Shown here piece by piece: positions 1 to 5,957 of a DNA stretch of 6,923 nt. Below the pieces are notes generated by a model. The model was not told the origin of the DNA. It saw only the letters and a list, made by a program, of their open reading frames with translations, and made no database searches. The position numbers and the translations under genes are program-made. This DNA comes from an uncultured archaeon (lineage in GTDB: Archaea > Iainarchaeota > Iainarchaeia > Iainarchaeales > 0-14-0-20-30-16), in contig CAZMCX010000040.1 in the NCBI GenBank assembly GCA_964565125.1, positions 1 through 6,923 on the forward strand. Reading direction: 5' to 3'. The number at the start of each line of letters is the position of its first letter. Positions within the stretch are counted from its first letter, which is position 1.

Positions 1-6
1 TGCCAT
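1..6 (-). CDS. 5' end (ATG plus one codon) of an unidentified gene continuing past the left window edge
   Basis: The minus strand reads GTGATAAttATGgca (ATG at 6..4). The same GTGATAA-N(1-3)-ATG arrangement precedes four confident genes in this window. The product is unreadable; S27ae often follows S24e in archaea but that cannot be verified here. The frame stays open upstream to 171 with in-frame GTG@15, TTG@21, TTG@36 and CTG@75, so the true start could lie further upstream. Confidence 0.35.
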
Positions 7-107
7 AATTATCACATCCAAATTATAATCTGCCAAGATAATCCTGTGTCTTTTAATTGGTTTTACTTGGCTCAGCTTTACTCCTTTATTTTTTACAAAT
101 AATCCTA

Positions 108-542
108 CTATTCTTTCTTTTCTGCCTTTGGCTCTACCTTGGCTTCTACTTTCTTTTCTTCTTTGGGTGCTTTAGGGGCATCTACTTTAGGCTCTTCTTT
201 TGCTGGAGCCTTGGCTGGTGCTTTTCCTTTTGCCCCTTTCTTATCGCCTTTAACTTCTATTCCCAATAGTTTTGCCCTTACTTTATTGTTTTTCTTTGAT
301 TCTATTTCTTCTAAATCTTTTATATTGTCGTAAACTTTTACATAAACTCTTACTTCTGGGATCCCATATGTAGTGTAAATTTTATCAACAACTACTTTCT
401 TGTCATCGAATCCCATTTTTGCAGAGATTTGTTTTACAAGATCTTCTCTCTTTGGGGTCTTATCAGTATCTTCAACCAAAATCATAAACTCTCTTCTATT
501 AAGCAACCTATTGTCTGACTCTTTTACTGTTTTAAATTTCAT
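108..542 (-). CDS. rps24e: 30S ribosomal protein S24e with a ~45-aa Lys/Ala/Pro/Glu-rich C-terminal extension
   Basis: The N-terminal core (..KESDNRLLNRREFMILVE..TPKREDL..YGIPEVRVYVKVYD..) matches the S24e family pattern (NPLLxRKE...TPSR...YG). The SD AAGGTGAT at 546-553 lies 3 nt before the ATG at 542. The gene follows spt4 as in the conserved array. Confidence 0.9.
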   Translation of the reverse strand: MKFKTVKESDNRLLNRREFMILVEDTDKTPKREDLVKQISAKMGFDDKKVVVDKIYTTYGIPEVRVYVKVYDNIKDLEEIESKKNNKVRAKLLGIEVKGDKKGAKGKAPAKAPAKEEPKVDAPKAPKEEKKVEAKVEPKAEKKE

Positions 543-551
543 TTTATCACC

Positions 552-749
552 TTATCCTATCCTTAATGCAAACTTCCCAGGTTTTGTTATCCCAAGTATT
601 TTTGCTACTTGAGACTTTTCAACATCAATTATAACTACATATCCTTGCCAAAAAGTTGTGAACTTTTTATTATTACATGCGGGGCACAATTCTATTGCTT
701 CCTCGCTTATGTATCCACAAGTCTTACATGCAAAATCTCTTTTAACCAT
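552..749 (-). CDS. spt4: Transcription elongation factor Spt4 (RNA polymerase subunit E'')
   Basis: 65 aa with a CxxC-x10-CxxC zinc ribbon (C8, C11, C22, C25), followed by W.G.V.I.D...S.VAK.LGI..PGKFAL, typical of archaeal Spt4. GTGAT at 753-757 lies 3 nt before the ATG. The gene sits immediately downstream of rpoE'. Confidence 0.88.
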   Translation of the reverse strand: MVKRDFACKTCGYISEEAIELCPACNNKKFTTFWQGYVVIIDVEKSQVAKILGITKPGKFALRIG

Positions 750-855
750 CTAATCACGCCCATATAAAAGCCAAAGCAGTTTCTTTGCCTTAATTTGTTT
801 TGCCCTTCTCTTTAGCACCCTTTAATCCTAACCACAACAGGTCCTTTTTTCTACC

Positions 856-1479
856 TTACTTAGCTTTCTTCTTTGCTACTTTCTTAACTCCCTCTTTCTT
901 TGGTTCTTTTTTAGCTGCTTCTTCTTTAGATTCAACATCAGTTCTAGATTTCAGGATCCATTCCAGTTTCCCTAATCCCTTTTGTCTCATAGTTAATCCG
1001 ATCTTAGATTGAACTACATCGCCACCATAGCTACAATTTATTAGTTTAGCATAAACCAAGTCATCAATTCCCAAAATTAGTTTTGTATCTCTTCCAACAA
1101 AGCTTCTATTCTTTGCATCATAATTTATGAAATCGTCCATTAATTGTGATACATGTACAAGCCCATCAAAAGGACCAAGGCCCAAGAATACTCCAAACTC
1201 AACTACATCTTTTACATTTGTTTCGTATATTGCACCAACCTCTGGAGAGAATACCAAGGTTTTATATTTTACATTTATGTATGCTGCACTATCCCCTAAT
1301 GGCACTTTTGCTTCTCCAAAGTCTAAGATATCAACAACACAAATTACAACACCATATCTCTCTTCTATTTTTCCTTTTATCTCATCATTCAGAACTTCCT
1401 TAACAATATCTTTTAATTCGGATCCAAACTTTGATGCAGGTATTCTTACAACTTTTTCCATATTTATAATATAAAACAT
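856..1479 (-). CDS. rpoE: DNA-directed RNA polymerase subunit E' (Rpo7), with S1 domain and a Lys-rich C-terminal tail
   Basis: N-terminus MFYIINMEKVVRIP..FG.. followed by an S1-like segment (VVEFGVFLGLGPFDGLVHVSQ...GLTMRQKGLGKLEWI), characteristic of Rpo7/RpoE'. GTGAT at 1483-1487 lies 3 nt before the ATG at 1479. Confidence 0.9.
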   Translation of the reverse strand: MFYIINMEKVVRIPASKFGSELKDIVKEVLNDEIKGKIEERYGVVICVVDILDFGEAKVPLGDSAAYINVKYKTLVFSPEVGAIYETNVKDVVEFGVFLGLGPFDGLVHVSQLMDDFINYDAKNRSFVGRDTKLILGIDDLVYAKLINCSYGGDVVQSKIGLTMRQKGLGKLEWILKSRTDVESKEEAAKKEPKKEGVKKVAKKKAK

Positions 1480-1497
1480 CTTATCACACTCAAAAAT

Positions 1498-1878
1498 CTA
1501 ATTATATTTTCTTAGCCCTTTTGCTGAAAAAGAATAAACTATTCCACCATTCTTTTTTAATTCTTGTTTAAGCATTTTATCATTTGTAAAAAATACTTTA
1601 TATTTACCTACTAATTTCAAAATTTCTTTATCAGCAAAGCTTCCTTCGTCTTTCCCGATTATAATATTGTATAAGGATAATAACTTAAATATTAATCTTT
1701 TCGCAACATTATATTTTGTTGCAGTTTTCTCCAATTTCTCAAGTTCCCGAACAACGCTCCCAGGGATATATATTTGTTTTACATCTAATCCTTCAAAAGG
1801 ATCTTTTTTAAGTTCATATGCTGATATCAAAACACTTGTATCAACAACTACAACATCATATACTTCTTCCATAACCAT
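1498..1878 (-). CDS. PIN-domain protein (Fcf1/Utp24-like, COG1412-type) conserved between aIF2-gamma and rpoE' in archaea
   Basis: The four PIN acidic positions are present: D13 (VVVDTS), E45 (VVRELE), D83 (FADKE), D100 (FFTNDKML). The size (~125 aa) and the position between aIF2-gamma and RpoE' match the conserved neighbourhood. The start is ATG 1878 or ATG 1872; both lie inside the aIF2-gamma 3' end and neither has a clear SD. Confidence 0.8.
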   Translation of the reverse strand: MVMEEVYDVVVVDTSVLISAYELKKDPFEGLDVKQIYIPGSVVRELEKLEKTATKYNVAKRLIFKLLSLYNIIIGKDEGSFADKEILKLVGKYKVFFTNDKMLKQELKKNGGIVYSFSAKGLRKYN

Positions 1879-3034
1879 ACAAATGCCAGCCGTTCTGGAA
1901 ATTTCTGCTTATTGCAATATTTTGTCCTTTTTCTATTATACTTTTTAATTTTAGATTTATTTTTACTTTGTTTTTTGTTATTGCACTAACAATCCCCAAG
2001 TTTGTGCTTGTTCCAATAGTCAAAACTAAAGGTTCATTAACAATTATTGGTTTATCAAATTTCATTAATTCTCTTTCTAAAGAAGTAACATCTAATTCTA
2101 TTTGTGATACTGGTTTAGACAATTCACCAACGTGGCCAACTACTTTCCCTTTCAGAGAATCATTATAACTCATTGCTGGATCCAATTCTGTTCCAACCGC
2201 AATTAAACCACCCGATCTAGCAGTTTCTAATTCCCCTTTACCTGTTCTCAAAGATACAACTTTAGTTACTAATTTCTCTCCATCTACTGGGGAGATCTCT
2301 ATTTCATCTCCAACTTTTATTTGTCCTTTAAGAATTGTTCCACCAAGAACCCCACCAATTAAATTTTCTATGTCGTCTCCAGGTTTATTAATATCAAATG
2401 ATCTCACTATACACATATACAAATTTGCTTTATCATCGTGCTTAGGGGTTTCTATTGTTTCTTCTATTGCTTGAATCAGTTCAGATTTATTTAAGCCCAT
2501 ATTTGCTGAAACAGGTATTATTGGCACATCTTTATAACCCAAAGATTCCAAAAATGTCTTTATTTGGTTATAGTTCTCCAAAGCTTTTTCTTTAGTTACT
2601 AAGTCTACCTTATTTTGAACAACAACAATAGTCTTTACTCCTGACATCTTTACAGCCATCAAGTGCTCTTTTGTTCTTGGCTGAGGGCATTCTTCATTTG
2701 CAGCGATTATCAGCAATGCACCATCCATTATTGTTGCTCCACTAAGCATAGTAGCCATTAAAGTTTCGTGGCCAGGGGCGTCAACAAACGAAACTCTTCG
2801 TAAAGCTGTTGCCTTATTGCCACACTTACATTTTTCTTCAGTAGTATAAGTCTTGCATTTACCACATTTATAAAAAACTGTATCTGCAAATCCCAATCTA
2901 ATTGAGATTCCTCTTTTTATTTCTTCAGAATGAGTATCAGTCCATTTTCCAGACAACATTTTGGTTATACTGGTTTTTCCATGGTCAACATGACCAATCA
3001 AACCAATATTTACTACTGCCTGTTTAGTATCCAT
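1856..3034 (-). CDS. eif2g: Translation initiation factor aIF2 gamma subunit
   Basis: G1 GHVDHGKT, G3 DAPGHE, G4 QNKVD. Cys knuckle CGKC-x9-CKC inserted in the G domain. SEEIKRGISIRLGFAD and the C-terminal ..GWHLYGYG.. are typical of aIF2-gamma. GTGAT at 3040-3044 lies 5 nt before the ATG at 3034. Confidence 0.95.
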   Translation of the reverse strand: MDTKQAVVNIGLIGHVDHGKTSITKMLSGKWTDTHSEEIKRGISIRLGFADTVFYKCGKCKTYTTEEKCKCGNKATALRRVSFVDAPGHETLMATMLSGATIMDGALLIIAANEECPQPRTKEHLMAVKMSGVKTIVVVQNKVDLVTKEKALENYNQIKTFLESLGYKDVPIIPVSANMGLNKSELIQAIEETIETPKHDDKANLYMCIVRSFDINKPGDDIENLIGGVLGGTILKGQIKVGDEIEISPVDGEKLVTKVVSLRTGKGELETARSGGLIAVGTELDPAMSYNDSLKGKVVGHVGELSKPVSQIELDVTSLERELMKFDKPIIVNEPLVLTIGTSTNLGIVSAITKNKVKINLKLKSIIEKGQNIAISRNFQNGWHLYGYGRSI

Positions 3035-3046
3035 ATATTATCACAT

Positions 3047-3430
3047 TCATTCTTTTTTTTCTTCTTTTGGTTTCCCAAATTTAGCATCCAAATTATCTTC
3101 TTTTAACTCAACCAATTTTATGTTTATTTGTGCTATTCTTTCATCGACAAAAGTTCCATGCAAAGTTTTTCTTACTTTTTCGCCTTTAACTTTTGAGTTT
3201 TTAAATCCAAAACCAGGAGTAAGTAAAACTCTCTTGTGGCCCTGATTACCCAAAAAAGAAGCCATTGCCATACCTTCTTTTGTTGAACCCCCTGTTATTA
3301 TTCCTTTTCCGCCAACTCCAATTATTTCTAATTGAACTTCATCCCCAATTTTTTTTCCAATATAAACTGGGCTATCAACTTTAACAGTATATGTTTTTGA
3401 TGTCTTTGGATTAGATAAATTCACTATCAT
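3047..3430 (-). CDS. rps6e: 30S ribosomal protein S6e
   Basis: N-terminus ..NLSNPKTSKTYTVKVD..IGKKIGDE.., then ITGGSTKEGMAM...GHKRVLL..G.GF.....GEKVRKTLHG, matching the S6e family. The SD AAGGTGAT at 3434-3441 lies 3 nt before the ATG at 3430. Confidence 0.9.
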   Translation of the reverse strand: MIVNLSNPKTSKTYTVKVDSPVYIGKKIGDEVQLEIIGVGGKGIITGGSTKEGMAMASFLGNQGHKRVLLTPGFGFKNSKVKGEKVRKTLHGTFVDERIAQINIKLVELKEDNLDAKFGKPKEEKKE

Positions 3431-3439
3431 TTTATCACC

Positions 3440-5143
3440 TTAGTTTAACAAACTCCTACTTAATTCCTCTACTTTTTTAATCAAATCATCTGATAAATAT
3501 TTTTTAAACTCTCCCATTTCATATTCCCTGAAATAGGAAATCACTTCTTTATTCAGATCTATTTTATCTGAATTTCCGCCATCAATTGAGATCGCAACTT
3601 CTTGGCCTTCTGAAGCAAAATCTATTGTTTTCCCATTATCCTGAACTTGTTTAACTGTTCCCAGGATCTTGCCATCAATTGCCACCTTTGTTCCAGGATA
3701 AAGCTTCCCACTTATTACTTTTACTCCACAAACCAATGGTTTGGTCCTTTTAAATATATGCTCAGGAAATATTTTAAAGGAAACAGGATGTCCTGCTTTC
3801 TTCACAAGCTCTTCAAAGTTTTTGCTATCTGTTTCCGCCATCCATTTTTTATATTTCGCTATTAAATCATAAACCACTGAACTTTGAATCACATGAACAT
3901 CTTTACTCTTTTGTAAATCCAAAGCATTATCTAAAATATTTACATTAAACCCAAATATCACTCTATCTTTCCAACTATCTGCAACAGAGGCTTTCAAAAT
4001 ATCTTCTTTTGTTATATTACCAATTCCGGATTGTAATATTTCTAATCCTTCTTTCTTTATCAAAGAATCTAATGCTTCTAGAGATCCGATTGTATCTGCC
4101 TTAACTAATATCCCTTTTTCTCTACACAACACTTCACACTTTTCTTCGTCGCAGACTACATCTACAACTGCCAAACTATCTCCTGCAATAACAGAATCAA
4201 GCTTATGTGCTACGATCCTTACTCCTGCTGCAGCAGTTGCTTCGTCAACATAATCAAAGTCAACCTTTTTTTGCATTATTTCCTGCAACTCTTTTGGTTT
4301 CAAAATACCTTTAATTTTTGTGTACATTGTTCCAAGCTTTCCGCTTAGACAAATAAAATCATTCTTCTTAATTACTCCATCAGTAATTATTACATCTATT
4401 ACTGTTCCAAGCCCTTTTGCTTCTTTCACTTCTAGAACAAACCCTTTTGCTTTGCCTTCAACATTCAAAGCAAGTTTTTTCTCTAAATATTTCTGGGATA
4501 ATCCAGACAAAAACAAAAGCAGATATTCTAACCCCTGCCCAGTCTTTGCACTTACTGGCAGCAAAATTATCTCTTTAGTAAAGTCTTTTATTTTGTCAAA
4601 CCTTTCAACAGGATAACCCTGTTCGTAAAGATCACCAAAGATCTTATAAAATCTATTATTAAAATCCTTTGCTAAATTACTTGTGCCTTCATCAACTTCT
4701 TTCATTAAAACATCTATTTTCTGGGTTTTATCCCAGCCTTGAAGCATATCTGCTTTTGTCAAAGCCACAATAAATGGGGTTTTATTTTCCTTAAGATATT
4801 TTATTACCTCTTTTGTTTGTGGTTGTAACCCCTGCATTATATCAACAATTAAAATTGCAATATCTGCAAGACTACAGCCCCTTTGCCTCAAAGTAAAAAA
4901 GGCTTCGTGCCCAGGAGTATCTATAAACAAAAGCCCGGGGATCTTCAAATCAAATTTGAACTTTTCAATTAGAGGGCCCGCAAAGCTATTTACCACCTCA
5001 AGAGGAACATCTGTTGCCCCAATATGCTGGGTTATTCTTCCTGCTTCTTTTAACGCAACTGTGCTTCCCCTGATTGCATCTAATAGTGTTGTCTTTCCAT
5101 GGTCAACATGGCCTACAACAACAACTATTGGCTCCCTAATCAT
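3440..5143 (-). CDS. infB: Translation initiation factor aIF5B (IF2-type GTPase)
   Basis: G1 GHVDHGKT, switch ITQHIGAT, G3 DTPGHEAF, G4 variant TKAD, SAKTGQG, then beta-barrel and C-terminal domains. No intein. I place the start at ATG 5143 (MIREPIVVVVGH..). The track's start at 5158 is a GTG inside the SD GTGAGGAG (5151-5158), which lies 7 nt upstream of the ATG. Confidence 0.93.
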   Translation of the reverse strand: MIREPIVVVVGHVDHGKTTLLDAIRGSTVALKEAGRITQHIGATDVPLEVVNSFAGPLIEKFKFDLKIPGLLFIDTPGHEAFFTLRQRGCSLADIAILIVDIMQGLQPQTKEVIKYLKENKTPFIVALTKADMLQGWDKTQKIDVLMKEVDEGTSNLAKDFNNRFYKIFGDLYEQGYPVERFDKIKDFTKEIILLPVSAKTGQGLEYLLLFLSGLSQKYLEKKLALNVEGKAKGFVLEVKEAKGLGTVIDVIITDGVIKKNDFICLSGKLGTMYTKIKGILKPKELQEIMQKKVDFDYVDEATAAAGVRIVAHKLDSVIAGDSLAVVDVVCDEEKCEVLCREKGILVKADTIGSLEALDSLIKKEGLEILQSGIGNITKEDILKASVADSWKDRVIFGFNVNILDNALDLQKSKDVHVIQSSVVYDLIAKYKKWMAETDSKNFEELVKKAGHPVSFKIFPEHIFKRTKPLVCGVKVISGKLYPGTKVAIDGKILGTVKQVQDNGKTIDFASEGQEVAISIDGGNSDKIDLNKEVISYFREYEMGEFKKYLSDDLIKKVEELSRSLLN

Positions 5144-5154
5144 AAAACAACTCC

Positions 5155-5322
5155 TCACTTCTTAGCTTTTTTAACCCATGTTACTTTATTTGGATTTCTC
5201 TTAAGCTTTAGTTTATTTTTCTGGCACTTTGAACTACAAAAGAAGAATATGGTTCCATCGTTTTTAACATATTCTACCCCATTACCTTCCTTAATCTCTT
5301 TATTACAGAATGAACATTTCAT
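5155..5322 (-). CDS. rpl24e: 50S ribosomal protein L24e (55 aa; not in the supplied ORF track)
   Basis: Hand translation of the minus strand 5322->5155 gives MKCSFCNKEIKEGNGVEYVKNDGTIFFFCSSKCQKNKLKLKRNPNKVTWVKKAKK*. It has a C-x2-C-x22-C-x3-C zinc ribbon and the L24e pattern (CSFCG..I..G.G..YV+KDG...FCSSKC.KN..L.RNP+K..WT). The SD AAGGTGAT at 5328-5335 lies 5 nt upstream. The gene occupies the canonical slot after S28e. Confidence 0.9.
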   Translation of the reverse strand: MKCSFCNKEIKEGNGVEYVKNDGTIFFFCSSKCQKNKLKLKRNPNKVTWVKKAKK

Positions 5323-5328
5323 CAGTCA

Positions 5329-5541
5329 TCACCTTGCTCTTATCTCTTTTGCTTCCTTCTGCACATTTAGCAAAATTAAGACATCTCCCTTCTGTACTGG
5401 ACCTTTAACATTTCGTCTTTTTACTCTTCCTTTTTCTGGGCCATCCGATATTCTACAAAGAACTTGAGTTATTTCTCCACTCACACCAGTTCTTTTTATC
5501 AATTCAACTATTTCTGCAGGTGTTCCCATTTCATCAGCCAT
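5329..5541 (-). CDS. rps28e: 30S ribosomal protein S28e
   Basis: TPAEIVELIKRTGVSGEITQVLCRI..GPEKGRVKRRNVKGPVQKGDVLILL matches S28e. I place the start at ATG 5541 (MADEMG..). The track start at 5550 is a GTG inside the SD GAGGTG (5548-5553), which lies 6 nt upstream of the ATG. Confidence 0.9.
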   Translation of the reverse strand: MADEMGTPAEIVELIKRTGVSGEITQVLCRISDGPEKGRVKRRNVKGPVQKGDVLILLNVQKEAKEIRAR

Positions 5542-5551
5542 AATATACACC

Positions 5552-5917
5552 TCACTTAACCAGTTCCAACAATTGCGTCTTCAATTGTTCAACATCTTTA
5601 GTCAAGGTTCCGTCATCAGTTATTGCAATACATGATGCTGAAATCTTTAATCCTGAAGCTTCGCCCAAATCTTTCTTTGTTGGTAAGTAGCCATAAGAGA
5701 CTTTCTTCTCCTTACACAACACCGGTATATGCATTAAAAGTTCTTCAGGGCTAACATCCTCAGCCATTACTACAAACTTAGCCATTCCTCTTTCAATTGC
5801 CTTAGTTACTTCGTTAACTCCGGCTTTTATTTTTCCGCCCCTAGACACCTTAGAAAGTAAAGCCTTTATTTTATCATAAGTCTCTTGTGGGGTTTCAAAT
5901 TTCACAAACTGTGGCAT
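5552..5917 (-). CDS. rpl7ae: 50S ribosomal protein L7Ae (K-turn binding protein)
   Basis: ..FVKFETPQE...GGKIKAGVNEVTKAIERGMAKFVVMAEDVSPEELLMHIPVLCKEKKVSYGYLPTKKDLG.. matches L7Ae. I place the start at ATG 5917. The track start at 5920 is a GTG only 2 nt after the SD GGGAGGTG (5923-5930). Confidence 0.93.
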   Translation of the reverse strand: MPQFVKFETPQETYDKIKALLSKVSRGGKIKAGVNEVTKAIERGMAKFVVMAEDVSPEELLMHIPVLCKEKKVSYGYLPTKKDLGEASGLKISASCIAITDDGTLTKDVEQLKTQLLELVK

Positions 5918-5922
5918 CACAA

Positions 5923-5930
5923 CACCTCCC
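5923..5930 (-). promoter_or_regulatory. Shine-Dalgarno site of L7Ae (GGGAGGTG)
   Basis: An 8-nt match to the complement of the canonical 16S 3' tail, 5 nt upstream of ATG 5917. Confidence 0.75.
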
Positions 5931-5957
5931 TATTACAGTTCACAGGTTGAAAATAAG

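Noticed and set aside
762-769. TTTTATAT (minus strand) as a TATA box for spt4.
   Set aside because: It ends only 12 nt upstream of ATG 749. A TSS about 26 nt from the box centre would fall inside the coding sequence, and the Spt4 N-terminus (zinc ribbon starting at C8) leaves no room for a later start.
750-818. A 22-codon GTG-initiated ORF (MLKRRAKQIKAKKLLWLLYGRD) whose TAG abuts the spt4 ATG. Also a 21-codon open frame directly after the rpoE' stop.
   Set aside because: Both are too short and lack a properly spaced SD. Neither resembles small basic ribosomal proteins such as L41e. Chance open frames of this length are expected.
1498-1878. The PIN protein as a VapC-type toxin of a toxin-antitoxin module.
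   Set aside because: There is no small upstream antitoxin ORF. The gene sits in the conserved aIF2gamma-PIN-rpoE' housekeeping context, and its C-terminal TND..L..L motif is Fcf1/Utp24-like.
9-3438. Recurrent TTATCAC/GTGATAA strings as half-sites of the TrmB-type TGM operator (TATCAC-N5-GTGATA).
   Set aside because: The strings always occur singly, never as the inverted pair. They always lie on the coding strand at 1-3 nt from a start codon, which is the signature of an SD rather than an operator.
3440-5143. An intein or other insertion in aIF5B, since some archaeal IF2/aIF5B genes carry inteins.
   Set aside because: The protein is of ordinary or slightly short length. The G-domain motifs are contiguous, and there are no intein splice-junction blocks.
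5901-5950. A canonical K-turn (C/D-like GA.AG motif) in the L7Ae leader. UGUGA occurs three times, and GUGAUGC overlapping the start codon resembles a C box.
   Set aside because: I could not place tandem sheared G.A pairs next to a 3-nt bulge. The best arrangement needs a 4-nt bulge and has an essentially unpaired NC stem, and no CUGA D-box partner is nearby. I kept it only as a hypothesis attached to the hairpin finding.
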